Source: Lingula anatina (lineage: Eukaryota; Animalia; Brachiopoda). Taken from it: DNA of 64,000 nt. The stretch lies in the NCBI GenBank assembly GCA_051362555.1, contig CM120645.1, positions 682,001 through 746,000 on the forward strand, in the 5' to 3' direction. Below, in pieces: positions 26,701 to 40,538 of the stretch; the first letter of the stretch is position 1; each line of letters begins with the position of its first letter. The position numbers and the translations under genes were made by a program. Under the pieces are notes generated by a model. The model searched no databases, was not told the DNA's origin, and saw only the letters and a list, made by a program, of their open reading frames with translations.

Positions 26701-26913
26701 CCAGTAGGTTTCGGTTAGATAATACCCGACATAATTAAAATCAAGTATGTTTTTCTTTTACTTTTTTGTGATATGAAAAGGTGCAGTTATTATATTTTAA
26801 GGAATCATTGACATAAAAATGTTGATATTTTATCCAAAGCCGGCTGTCTTTGTTTGATGAGGTCTTACAGATTTAGAAATATTATTAAAGTCAACAAAGT
26901 AAAATTAAACTTG

Positions 26914-27146
26914 AACTAAAGGCACTCCGAGAGCGCAGACCTCCGCAAAGGCAACGATTTTTGATTATTATTGATTATTGATCCTGATCACCACCAAAAA
27001 CTAATCATCTCTTCCTTGGCCCACTTCTCACCGCTCCTAAAAATTTCATCAAAATTGGTACATAACTTTTTGAGTTATGTTGATGACAAGCAAATAAACA
27101 GACAGACAAACAGGGGTGAAAACATAACCTCCTTGGCGGAGGTAAT
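26914..27146. mobile_element. HINE-like (Helentron-associated) non-autonomous element
   Basis: Terminal stem-loop gcactccgagagcgc, subterminal inverted repeats cctccgcaaagg / ccttggcggagg, and a (CAGA/CAAA)n tract. Confidence 0.7.
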
Positions 27147-27299
27147 GACTGAGCGAAAAAAGTTTTATCACAAGCAAATTTTTATGGAAATTACTTATGA
27201 ACCTGATCATAGAATGTTCATGTAGTACCTTCTAGAACCAGGAGAGACTGTCAAATATTCACAACAGATATCTGAGATATTCTAAATACCAAAATTAAA

Positions 27300-27600
27300 A
27301 TTAAACATGTTCGGTCTTTTGCTTTATTTTTGAGCATGGCACCGTGCATGACAAAACATAATGCCGTTCGTCACCAATGCCTGAATGACTTAAGTACCAT
27401 TTCCTTAAAAAGCAGTTAAAGGTTTTCAAAGGATTGTTCAAGAATATTTTCGAGCATGATGCATTGCCTGTCAAAACATAATACCATTCATCACCAGTGT
27501 CTGAGTGTCTTAGGTGCCATTTCCTAAAAGGCAGGTAAAAGTTCCCAAAGGGTTGTTCAAGAAGCAATCAAAGCGGTCTCATCCCCGATATGTTCGTGAT
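27300..27600 (-). mobile_element. Tandemly duplicated (about 120 bp unit) LINE 3' remnant
   Basis: The minus-strand ORF contains DTGDEWYYVL and GIGDERHYVLSC, resembling the IGDEFHYxxxC motif of LINE ORF2 C-termini. Confidence 0.5.
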
Positions 27601-28807
27601 CAGTTTGTTAAAACCCAAACAGCCAATAGATAATTGGCTTCTCAACAGCTTAATTGTCAGCTTGTTATTGGCCTGTCAAAAGATACACTAGCTGACTGAC
27701 GTCATAAACTGCTTAGTTGTGAAATAATTAGTGACATATATAATAAGATCATGATATCTGAGAAGGAAATGTCGGAAGTATCGCAAAATCTGAATTGCGT
27801 TTACCAGATTTTGCGTGAGTTGTGCTTCTTTTGTTAGGTACACATGCAAAACAAGCTTTCTTGAAGTTTCAAAAACAGGAATGTTTTTTATTGCAGCATA
27901 TCTTTACTGAAGAAGTTTTTATTGGAAAATTGCAATCAGTTTACCATCCTCGACATCTGCAAAAATGTATATGAAGTCAGAAGCATTTAAGAATACGATC
28001 AGTTCTTATTGCGAAAGATTTGATTTTTCGTCTGACCATATTTCGGCAGAAATGCCTGATGTCACCTTCTTTGATTAGTAAATATAAAAAACCAAAGTCT
28101 ACCAAAGTCTACCATACATAATGAAAAACATTTATTTAAATATTAGAAATCATTCCAGGAAAAGGACAAATGTAACCATGGTAATTAGTTAGGAGTTGGC
28201 TCATCTACGTGACATTCAGAAGAGGGTCTTGGCCGCTACATCGATATTTCTGAAGAGGGCGATCGTGTTTTTATTTATAAAATGTTTTATTCTCTAATGA
28301 TACTATATATGTTGTAGCTTTGAAAGTCACACTTTGTAATCAAAAGGTGAGACCCCTCCTTTGGTAAAAAAAAACTGTCCAAAGATACCGGTAGGTGACT
28401 TCTTTGGTATATAAATATCGCTGAAAAGAGTTGTATTCTTATTAAAATGCCATTTTCCATCCACATCTTGAAGGGTTTCAAGTCCCAATCAATAAGATGA
28501 GAGCCACCCTTGATTATCATTTTTCGACTTGTGAAAAACTTGAACAATATAGGGACCTGCAGATTATTCTATTACGGCAACTGTCACAATAGCAAGACCC
28601 AAGACGCCTTTTCTTTTTTTCCTACTTACAGGTCGAACAGTATTTTTCTCAAGAGAACCAACGAAGAACTCAACACTACTGATGAGTAACAGATAGTGGT
28701 ATTAACGTGAACTATGCCAAGAAGCGCGGAAGCAGTATAAAAGGCAACACGCGCTCTGCTCTGCGTCACTTGTAAGTGCTACTGCCGCACTTTTTTTCCT
28801 AAGAAAG

Positions 28808-31800
28808 ATGGAAATCATCCGCCTGACTTTATGTGGGCTGATATTTCTTCACCCAACGCTAGAAAAAGGTCAATCTACTGGATTCACTCAGGATTCAACT
28901 AATCTTGGGATTTGGGCGCCTGGGAGACTGCGCAGGGAGTCACCATTTGCTTGGGATACAACACCAGAAGTAACTACCAAAGACGTGATGCAAGAGGCAA
29001 CCACACAAGAGCCGCCCACTACTGAGCGGAGAATGCACGTGGGCGTCACACCAGAATCGCCCACTACTGAGGGGGGAGTGCACGTGGAAGCCACGCAGGA
29101 GTCATCCAGTCAAGAGGATATATTGCGGGAAAAACCGGACAACAGCAGTGAAACCTCTTCTTTCCCAGACGTAACTCTGACGCCGTATAGGTGGCTCTGT
29201 GCAGGGGAAGGTAAATACAGCATCAAGGTCCACTGCTACTGCGATCCTGTGTGTGTCCTGTATGGTGACTGCTGTTATGGGGTGACAGAGAATACGACTG
29301 TCTGCGCTGCCTCTGTCAGATTAAGAGGGACACACGCCGCAACGCAATCTGCAACGGTTCTTGGAACCAACGTGACGGAAACCCAAAGTGACTGCACCAT
29401 GTCGACAGAATCCACTAACAAAACATCTTCGATAAGGGGAATAAAACTAGCAGACCCTGTGTCTATGTCCCTGGTACATAAAAGCTCCTGTAGAAGAAGT
29501 CCAACATTACATCGAACAAAACCACAAACCAGATTACCCTATGTGGATAATTTTGGACTAAGTTTTTGGATGGTGGACCGGTGCCCTTCGTCTTGGCAAG
29601 AAAAAGATAGTCGTATCAAGTGTACTGATATCTCAAATACTAGCCTCACAGAAGACGCGCTATTGTACCAGCCGGTCACCGACCCAGATACAATGATCAC
29701 TTTCAAGAACAAGTACTGTGCAGCGTGTAATGGTATCAAGAACGGCGTGGAACCGTGGGGACTCGTCATCTATTCCACTAAGGCACTTCTTGCCGACATT
29801 GCAAATTGCAGCTCCTCGATTTGTGTTTTAAGGAAAATGAAAGATCGCAGAAGTAATGGTGTTTTCGTCCCAAAGCCGGAATGGAATTTAAGAACATGCT
29901 TCAGGGAAGATGAGGGCGATAGCTTCGGTCCTTGCAAGTTCAGTTTTGTCAATGGAAGCGTGCTTCGGTTATCTCGTCCACTTCCCCTGCACTCAGCTTT
30001 ACGAGATGCCTGTATGGCGTACAACAACCCTGTTGTCGTGAGCAGTTTTGATGACAGTTACAAGAACTTCCACTGTATGGTGTGTTATCTGGGAGACTTT
30101 CTACCCTGTGAAGGTGAGTGATCCGTTTTACTATTAGAAACTTCATGTGCAAAATTTTTCAGAACATGCATTAATAATGGCATTTATATATACTGCCGTT
30201 ATTGTACAGTTTACTGGTCTCCACCGTCATCTTACGATTTTAGAACCTTCTGAATAAAAAAGAGGTTTAGTTTTTCTTAGGATGACATTTTTGTTTTCTT
30301 GAGTTGTCGATTTGATATGTTTCCAAAGTAAATGGCACAGTTCGATTCCGTCTCAGTATCACAAAGAAACTGGATGAATGTTAATTTATATTGCCAAGGT
30401 TAATTTAATTAATGGTGTGCAGTATCTTTTGATTAAATTTATGTGTGTAACATTACTACAGATAGATGGAATTTTAATTCAATTAAGTTTTCATTTAAAA
30501 TCCGGAAAAGAGAACAATTGATAGAAAATAGACGAAAAAACTGACATTGATTTACTGAGGGAATTGCGTTTTTTATATATATACTATTATGAAAGTCATT
30601 GGCTGTCCACCATACGGTATATTAGTTTTTGCATCTTGGGATTGAGCGTCACTGCAATGCATTTCACTTATGTACATGTATAGCATAAAATTAAAGTCAG
30701 TTATAACATAGGGAATTCTAAAGTGGTATCAAATCTTTAGGTCATCAAAAGTGGCATATTCTTTTTTTTTATTTTTATTACTGTAGTCATTTGTCTGTAA
30801 TCTATAAAACCTGACTTTGCACCTAGATAGGTAACACGGTCGCAAAGAAAAAAGACCAGTTGAAAAACACGTAGCTATTCTTGTTTTCAAAGCTTACGTG
30901 TTCTCTAATTAATTCACAAAATTTTAATGTTATATTCAGATCAGAATTCCACACCGCCACCAGTAAGATTCTTCGGTCTCTCTCTCCGCGCCCTGTTGTA
31001 CCTGGGAGACCAAGGCAAGGAACAGAGTGATGACGTCATGACTAGGGTGAGAAAAAGAACTGCAGTAATCATAATTATTCTAAGAATTATATGAAAATTA
31101 TACCTAGATAAAATTGGATATTTTACTTGTTTAATTTTTGTCATTTAACGTTTGTCATTAGTCATTCTGATGTAATTATTCTGCATTGTCATCATTTTAC
31201 CCGGCTTCGTGGATGTAAACTGCCGCCCCAAATCGTAAAAAGAAGCATGTAGAACTAAACACGTGCCTTTTTCCAGCCTGTAGATCAGCAGCTAGTGTGC
31301 CCCCCTGGTTTTGTTCCTGATGCCCAGGACTGCCGCGCCCTTTTTTACAATCTCACTGTCGTACGGTCGATCGTTTCCTTACATTTTGAACCATGTTGCT
31401 GGGTTCCAACACCCAGGGATGGCTGTAGAGGTATCAGAACTGATCATCATTTGGTAACCGTACTGATAGCTGCGCAGGCACTTTTTTATACCTGCAGTCA
31501 AAAATACGGCGCTGACAACACGTCCATCATCTTTGTCGTTAAAGCAATAGTCACTCTTCAAGTGAGACTGGCCGACTACGAGGAAGGCCGCGACCTTTTC
31601 CTCCAAGTACAAGCAAAGATGGAAAATAGCCTGCGATACGTTCAGTTGGAGATATCCGGAAGGCCAGTGGGCATACGCTCAGGATCGTTCTCTGCCTGCA
31701 TGAAGAACCCCACGATCCAAAGCTCCGTGACGCCATTTGATGGAGCGTCCACGCTCTCAACCCCGAGGCAGAGCCAAGCAAACAGTCATGTCGGTAATGT

Positions 31801-31855
31801 TGGAATTTTGGTGTTCATTGTGATGGTGGCAGCGGAGTGGGATTTTTATATGTAG
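28808..31855 (+). CDS. Secreted/membrane-anchored somatomedin-B (SMB) domain and Cys-rich protein (about 663 aa)
   Basis: Exons 28808-30113, 30940-31046 and 31277-31855 (1992 nt in frame). Features: hydrophobic N-terminus, Thr/Glu/Pro mucin-like stalk, SMB motif CYCDPVCVLYGDCC, Cys-rich modules (PVTD..TFKNKYCAACN, YKNFHCMVC) and a hydrophobic C-terminal tail. Confidence 0.85.
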
Positions 31856-34800
31856 CTGTGGGTATGAGCGTGAAATGAAAAAATGGGGTTGGGTACTTCT
31901 GTGGTTTATCAATCCAAACATGGATATCTTTGAAGATAAAAGTTTTTAAAAGTTTTTAATTGTTGTGAAGTGAATTTAGGTTTTTTTATTATTGTTGAGT
32001 TTTTATATTGAAGCAGTGACAGTTTTACTGTTCATCCAAATTAAGCTCAAGTAGTTGTGTAGACTCTATAAACTCTGCCAACAAGATTTTATTTTTTCCT
32101 TTGTTGATTTGTTAGTTAACATCCTGACACAAAAAAAGTTGTGAACAAATTCTGATAAAATTTTCAGTACAAGTCAAAATGGACATACTTAGGATCGATT
32201 AGAGGGCTATTTAATTTGGGTTATCAATGTGCTCATCTGTATTCAGTTACACATATACTAGTGCCCCATACTGCTAATAAAAGCCAGATAAGTAATGGCA
32301 AATCAGTATAGAAATTCTCGGTTGACATGACAGGAAAGTGTATAGAATTAACCAGAGACATATCTGTGAATATCTGTTGAAAAATCACTCTGTTGTAGTG
32401 GTAGAGGGTAGCAGATTACCTTTGGTTCACTTCTTGATTTGCTGTTTAAACAGTCACAGGTCTTGTGATGCATATTTGGTATTATAAAACATGTAGTAAA
32501 TTGATCTTTGAGAAACACTACTTGTAGCAAACACTTTCTTAATCGTGATATCGTAATCAATGTGATAAATAAAAATTTGACGTTGTACTTGTGCAAAGGT
32601 CGACAATTTGAAAAGGGCTGTATGTTTATTTAATGTTCACGAATGCATGTTATTTTCTCCAAAACAGACAATTTTTACGGATCGTACCATCTAAATTATG
32701 TTGAGTATCGATATATGATTAGTCGACTGTTTGACGCTTGGTGTCAGGTAAAGTTCAAGTTGCCAGTAGGCTATCTAGATTACATAACTTTCACTAAATT
32801 CAAGATAAATTATAGTAAGAGTTAAACATTATATTATTACACGCAATGCTTTAAATGATTTATTGTTTGTCGATGTTAAAGCCTATATTACATTTTTGCC
32901 ACGAGCGCCGTACGATTAAATCGTACACGATATTCATTGCGATTTTTTTTCATTGACATCGCTCGTGACTTCGGGCTTCGGCGAATATTTTTACATTACT
33001 TGCGGACGTCAGTGTCATTTCTCCGACATGATTTTGAAACCAAGTAGGAAATACCCTTTTCTTTCTTCTTTTTTGTTAAAAAAATGGGACCACGGAACCC
33101 TTTTCGCCTTCCGTGCGGTTTCTTGAAGAGCGATAAGGTCTGTCCGGAAAATACGCTTAGAACTGAACATGCCATTCTGTTTTTGCGAGTATAAAATATT
33201 TGGAATTTTATAGACCAAAGTGTCTCAAGGATATTACTTATAGGTCCGCTAACTTGTATTCTTTTCCGTTAGGTCATGATTTGAACGCTTAGACTGGGAC
33301 TTTTTTCCTAACAGTTTGGGGAGCTAACCTTGTACGTTACTATCATAGAAAGCAAGGAGAGGGCTAGTGAGTACTGCTCAGAAACCAAGCCCGTCTTATC
33401 AAAAACGTCAAGGTCAAATTAGCCTCATAACCGGCAATATAGGCCTTCCTATTGGTCAGAATGTATAAATTGTTCCAAAAGGACAAAAAATTATGCTTTT
33501 TTTACTGACGACTTACAAAAAATTGGTACATTTAGTGTGGTAAGCGGTTTTCAATATTTATTAATTTAGACAATTATTGGCAAAATCTATAAGCAGAAAT
33601 TACGCTCGCAATTATGGAACTGTTGTGAAACGACACACAACTGCAAATGTATGCAAGTGAATAACACTGGGTTTTACTTATCTTTACTATTGTAAAGCCT
33701 TCTAAAATGACCAAAGGTGGAAGGGAAACGGGTTCAACAACAGGCTCAACCATTATGACACTCACTGCAAGTCCACCGAACATTGCCCTTACGGGAACTG
33801 CACAATACCATCTACGATAACGTTACGACCGGCGGGCTTGTTATTTTTACAATTTGTCGAAAGTTTTAGCTCGACAAAATCGGAGAGCCCACATTGGCCG
33901 TGAATCCGCACGATTTCGCAAGGCCAGCAACTGACTCCGCCCAGACGCCGCATGAAAAGGGATTTACAAGAAGTACGGGGGGGTGTATGTAATGTACGGA
34001 CACCGCATAGTAAATGTAATCTAGGCTTAAAATTAGTAATTCACGCAATTTCACATGTAATGCTATATTCTTATTATATTCTATATTTTATATCCTAGAA
34101 TTCGGAAACTTAATTTTATATGTTGTGAATGAATAATTTTGTAAATCTGTCATATTGTAATGCAAGAAAAATACGATTACCATTTTTTAAAAATCGCAAA
34201 GGCAAAAAAATTCAATTAAAATTTAATTAAGTAGAATTTTGAAAGTTATTAAGTGCAGCTATATAAATAATTTTGTTAGGATGGGAATTAAAATCCTGTT
34301 GTACAAAAATTGTATTTTGGAAATGATTGTCTCAAACATTGGGTTAGTTTTTTATTTATAGTACTTACACTCTGGACGCTTATAATTTTGAATTCATGGT
34401 CAATTTAAAAAAATGTTATTCATCTCATGTTGGGTTTGGCAAAAATAAAAATTAATAATCGGTTTTAACTAGCCTTCAACCAATTAACCTTATATTGCGT
34501 TCGTCATTTTATTTCATTAATTAAAGTACTGAGAGGAGTGGAAAAATACATTTTAGAGGGCAATTTATTCTGATAAAGCAAGAAACGGTCGCAAAGAAAT
34601 TAGTGTTGAAATTGACAGAATAGAATGAGAGATCTTTAAATGCTAAAAATAATTTTTTTCAAGTCCAATTGTTCAAGAACTTTAAATATAAAATTGCCTA
34701 TCATCAGTTTATTTCAACCCTGTTCCCAGTTACTTAGTATCTGCCTCTGGGCCGGTTCACTATAGTCTACCATTTTTTTCACGGAAAGAGTCGTCAAAAG

Positions 34801-34941
34801 CGTCTGGAAATCAAGTGAAAGTCGACAAATACCGAAACTTGGCATTTCAGCATTACACATACGCTGTCAACTTTTGATATGATAGTCTTTAGTATTTTAA
34901 TTAAAATTTTATTCTCATGTAGTTGCTGACCGGGATTAGCC

Positions 34942-35020
34942 CGGGCTCGGTAGCTCAGTTGGTAAGAGCAGTCGCACGGTTTGCCAGAGTCCCGGGTTCG
35001 AGTGTTTCCTCCCCCCAAAT
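34942..35020 (+). mobile_element. tRNA-derived SINE head / tRNA pseudogene
   Basis: A box tagctcagttggtaagagc and B box ggttcgagt; no intact acceptor stem. Confidence 0.65.
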
Positions 35021-35479
35021 AGCTACACTTATATGTGTCAATATTATTCGGAAATAAAGTCCCGAGCGTATTTAACATAATCAGCACTTCCTATATCTGA
35101 GAGGAGTACCGGTAAACTGCAGGCTGTGCTTTTTATCACAGAAACAGATGCAAAATGTTCAAATTACGTATATTGGCAAATGATTCCCTGTTCATACTTG
35201 TCTTTAAAAGAACAAATCTAAAGGAATCTGTTAAGCTGAACCTGTCGCAGTAGGGGCGATCATTTTCTTTTTCCGTCTCAAGAGGGCGCTATAGTACGGC
35301 CTGGTGTGTCCAATATGGCAAAACTGCTAAGATGAAGGCTTATAAGCATGGAGCGGACCATAAAAGGTGTATAGTAAATCCAATGTTTTTGACTGAGAAA
35401 TTTCAAATTAAAGTGTTGTCATTAGTATTATCTTGATATAATGTTGTTTTAAAGAAACAAAATACTTTAAAATGATAAT

Positions 35480-35830
35480 CCAACATTGAATGAAAAAATT
35501 ATTGCATAAAAAATGAAACAACATTGAATGAAAAAAAGGATATTGCATGAAATTTGAAACAACATTGAATAAAAGAAATATTGCATAAAAAATGAAAGAA
35601 CATTGAATTTAAAGAATAATTTATTGCATGAAAACAATGAAATAACATTGAATGAAAAAAAAAAAAAAACAATTGCATGAGAAAACCGAAGCAACATTGA
35701 ATGAAAAAAATGTGCATTAAAAAATGAAACAACATTGGATGAAAAAAAAAAAAGAATATTGCATAAAATTTTGAAACATTGAACAACAAAACTTTTAATT
35801 GAATTAAAAGTATATTAATTGAATATTGCA
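35480..35830. repeat. Minisatellite, same family as 2581-2940
   Basis: Tandem aaacaacattgaatgaaaaa..attgcat units. Confidence 0.9.
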
Positions 35831-38023
35831 ACACATCACATGCCATACCTATCCTATATACATCAAACTTAATTTCGAGTGTAGATAATTTAAAAATCCC
35901 AGATGAGACAAAATCGATACTCTTTATTGATGTACCGGATTTTAAGTTAACGACATGTGTTGTGAAACGCCGAGAGAGGGACTCGGGGTGGAATAACATA
36001 GGAAGACGAATGTGAATGCGATCTAAGACCTAAAATAATAAATAATAATATATTTCCAACGTACGCACAGCTAATTGTTGACAAAATCTACTAATATCTT
36101 CCCAATATAAGTCATTAAAAATGTTATAACACATTTGCACGGTAACGTATGAGTGATATATATAACATCATAGGTCGCATTCAACGATCTTCTCACTTTA
36201 ATGTACGATCTCAACTACCGCATTGACTCACCCCCAGAGGAGGCAATGCACCGGTTACTTCTTACACATTGGCTATACAAGTCCTAAATACAACATAAGC
36301 AAGTCTTAGCACCACTTACAAAGTATTCTAACACATACGTGACATATAGAGGCTAGTCGTAAATCTCACGTTAAATTAAATCTAAACAATGAAATAAAAA
36401 CTACAGCTAGTATGATAAATCAGTGCACTAAGATACGGCGAGCACGCCGCACGCGACACGGCAATGCAAACCTAACCACAACCGCACTCGCGTCTACTAG
36501 TGACCCATTACAAACATGACCTGAGAAGTATAACTTAATAGCCTGAGCGCCTTTGTTCTAGCAAAAGCAAAGTTATCCATTGAAATATTGAACAAAACGC
36601 TTAAAAATCATTCCCATTAGAACAGTGTAAAAGACAACGCACATACTTTACTAACGAAAGTAGAAAACGCAAAGTTACGACTTACCTGGAGTGATAACAT
36701 CATGAAAGTTTTGAAAAAAATTAGGCAACTGACGTGAAGCGCATTTCTCATAAAATCTGCCAAGTCGCTAACTATGCTATACCACTCAAGTATCTTTTAA
36801 CTTATTCTAAACAATATATTAGTAACTAAACGTAATTTATAAATGACAATGTACATTTTACATTTGCGCCTTTCACTAAAATGGAGCGGAATCATTGCGT
36901 AACATATCCATTTCACTAAAAGTAAGTAAAAGCAACATTCTTATACACCTGTAAATAGCAAAGCTATAATTATAACTGTCGGCAAATACATCTTGTGTAT
37001 GACTTACTTGGTATCTAGCGTTAACTTGGTTCTCTACTAAAATCTGGAGACTCGATCAAAAATACGCCGATGTAACAGGAATGGAAGCTAGGAACCGTAG
37101 TCCGTTCCCCATTTTATTGTACATGTGACACTTTTCCCATATATACTGAACAGTATTGAACAGTAGACTTACCTGGAGTGATAACATCATGAAAGTTTTG
37201 AAAAAAATTAGGCAGCGAATGTACTTTTTATATATTGAAAGCCTTCACAAGAAATGTGACCATTTTAGCGAAACTCTACAGGTGTGATACAGAAAGTATG
37301 TTAACTTAAGTGTTAATTGTATGGTTTGGGTGTGCAACTGTAGAGAAAAAAATGAGAGGGTCGCAAATAAAACAGTCTATCACGAGTGACAGCTGTCATC
37401 CTGCTAACGCCTTTTAATTTTTTACCAATCAACTCCAGGGAATAAAAATATATTTAAGATATTTAGTTTGATGAGGCATGAAATAGAGCAAAAGAAATTG
37501 TTTTATATAGAAATATTAATTGCCAGATAGACAGAATAGAATGGAAGGGTTTTAGAAGACGCAGAAGATGCTAGAAAGAAAATGAAATCAGTAGGCTCAA
37601 GGACAAAATTACGGTGTCCAAGGTAGGCTTGAGGCTCTTGGATTTCAGTCGCACTGTCTCAGAGAACATCAGGGCATGAAGAACACCAATCACAATCACA
37701 CCTACAGCATTTCAACAGAAATTGAGCTAGCTATAGGCTATGGTAGTACTCAGTGCTCAAAACACAAATCACAACCGCACCTACAGCATTTCAACTGACA
37801 TTACGTACATATGGCAGCACTCAGTGTTGAAACCCATAGAAAAAATTGCTAGTCGGGTATCTGAAGCGCTTGTTTTAACTCGGTCAGACGTCCACAGGTG
37901 TAAACAAACAGCAGGAGGTGCTCTTTGTATTAAACAGCTCGCACACACCCCCTACTTGACTTTACAAAGTGACCTCAGACCTGAACGAGAGAGATAAACC
38001 AGTGCTCATCGCTATCTTCTGCA

Positions 38024-38268
38024 GTGCGTTCAGACACAGCAAGAGACCCAAACTATCCACATTATACCGTGGCAGCAAGTGACCTTAAGAAGCGTTGATT
38101 AAGACACAGCTCCATCTACACCAGTGCCAAGAGATTACTAGCAGGGTTAGAGTGGACGAGAGGGTCAGAGACATAAAAATGAGTTTAAGAATAATTGTTC
38201 ATTTACCGATATCGCAATTTGACTTAGGCTTCAATCGGCCTTGGTTTTCGCTCCGTGTCTGAACGCAC
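38024..38268. mobile_element. MITE-like element upstream of the ependymin gene
   Basis: 14-bp terminal inverted repeat gtgcgttcagacac / gtgtctgaacgcac with weaker inward extension. Confidence 0.55.
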
Positions 38269-38452
38269 GTAAATCCTGCACCTTGGACCGTCATAATATC
38301 TACCTACAGTGTTGAGGTAGATACATAGGACGCTTGACACCCTGGCTCAGGTGACTGCCACGCCCCCCTCGGGCCACCGCTACCCAACGCTACACCTGGC
38401 CTAGTAGACAGCACTGTCACAAGCTTCAGAAGTTGTCTCACAGCTCGAGAAG

Positions 38453-40505
38453 ATGTATCTGGTTCTGATGGTCGGTCTGGTCCTGGTTGGGGCGACGCTG
38501 GGACAGGCACCAATACCGTGCAGTGAGTTAATCGCCTCTTTTCTTCCAAAGAATTACTAAGGCGGCCTCGTCGGGGCTAAATTTCCGTTGATTCGATTCG
38601 TTCCATATAACGGTAGTGAGTGGCCGTATTTAATTAGATTTTACTTTTAAAATAATGTTTAGTAGATAAAATATCGTGTATAATGAATCACACTGCCACA
38701 TTTGGATGCAGCGGTGCGTATTTGTAATTTTAAAATCTTAAAAAAGGGGGAAAATTTGTTATAATGATGTAAAATCCTTTAGTATGAAATCAGCTGTTTA
38801 TTTTACTGTGTTCTGTACGTTTTTTTTTTTTTTCATTTTCACCCAGAGAGTCCACCTCAGTGGTCAGCCAATAGGCTCAGGGTAAGTCATTTTTTCTCTT
38901 CTATTTTTCCCTAGACAGCCAAGTTTAACCCCAATATTGTTTTAAAATACGCGCGTTTGAGGTGGACACTATGTTCAAGCTGTGTCTGGAGAGGACGGTA
39001 TGTTCCTGCACCTCTTCCGGGAGAACAGTCTTAAGTGACATTTGTCTACTCTGATGGAATGAAATAAACATCTATGAGCGTTTTATTTTTTATTTATTTT
39101 ATTTATTTATTTATTTTAGCGAGGGGGGGGTCCGCCATTTTGTTTTAAGGGCGAGGGAGAGGGGGGGATATCTTTTAACAGAGTACACGTACCCATACCA
39201 CCGCCAAGGAGGCTCTGTCTGTGTGTCTGTTAGATAGCAATATCATGGAAATAGTTGTGGGCGGATTATGGTGAATTTTTCAGCTTTAGGAAAGAGGGGG
39301 GAGGCAAGTAACAAACTCTTAGGTTTTGGTGGTAAGCCATTGATAATTAATAAATTTACCAAGTCTGTGTTTCTGTTGGAAATATCATGCAAAACGTTAT
39401 AGAGGGATTTTGATGTAAATGTCAGTAGGCCCACAGATCAGAAATTAGGTAAACTTAAAATTATGAAATAAATCAAAAATGAAAATTGATTAACTTGAGT
39501 TAATCAATTAATTATGTGAATTTAGCTTACTGGTTAAACAGTTAATTGATGAATAATTGATAATAATACCAATTGGGCTACCTTGGCGGTGGTCTGCACT
39601 CTGCGAGTGCCTTTCTAGTCTTTAAGTTAACCTCAGTGGGATTTCTCTTGCAGTATGACTTTGTGGAGAAGGTGGTGAGAAAGGAACGATACCACCACGA
39701 CGCTGTGTACATGAGAACGCGAAAGACGGAAGAGATTGACGAGGCAGAGTCGAAGGAGTTCTACGAGATATTCCGCTTTTATGCTCAGGTAACTGGGTAA
39801 TTGATTGCTACTTACGGTGTTTCTCTCTCTTCTTCTCTCTTTCTCGCTTTCGCAGATACACATACACACACACATACACACACACACACACAAACACACA
39901 AACACACACACACACAGACAGAGAGGGAGAGAGAGAGAAAGAGAGGAAGAGAACTTCTTGTAGCCCTAATAATCCCTTTGTTGCTTCTTAAATCTTTCTA
40001 TGTCACTTTTAATACATTATGGCGCCTGTTTTATTTATTTATTTATTATTTTTTTTTTGTCATTCTTTCGCAACCACTTAAGGAAAAATATTGACAAATA
40101 CATGTATTTGTAACGGAACACAACATACAAAGTGCCCTCTGTTATCAAGTAAACCCTCGTATACAGCACAATACTTATTTCCTTGTTTTGGTTATTGTAG
40201 CGCAAACAATACATCATCAATCTGAAGACCAAGGTGTGTAATACCACCACCCTCACCCATGACTTCCCGGTGTACGAGGTGTCCCCAGGGGATAGGTTCC
40301 TGGGAGAGTACGTCATCGGGTCCACGGCAGCCCCTGACCAGGGGGTCACCATACAGGAGTGGGGAGGGGTGACGACCCAAGGAAGTGAGTGTAGCGAACA
40401 CATACATTGATATACATGTACGTAGGCTGGTGCACGCTCTTGTCGTACGCACGCACGCTCGCAAAGCATGCACACACACACACCTGACATACTCACACAA
40501 ACTTT

Positions 40506-40538
<33 letters not shown>

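Larger units (their letters stand above)
31788..35960 (+). repeat. Segmental duplication copy B (homologous to 1-3070)
   Basis: See copy A. It includes the HINE remnant at about 32070-32230, an inverted segment at about 33620-34040 and the minisatellite at 35480-35830. Confidence 0.85.

Noticed and set aside
34942-35020. Functional tRNA gene (also the tRNA-like head at 41671)
   Set aside because: A and B boxes are present but there is no complete cloverleaf or acceptor stem; better explained as SINE heads.
36680-36691. ACTTACCTGG resembling the U1 snRNA 5' end
   Set aside because: The downstream sequence does not resemble U1; it is simply a reverse-complement splice donor consensus.
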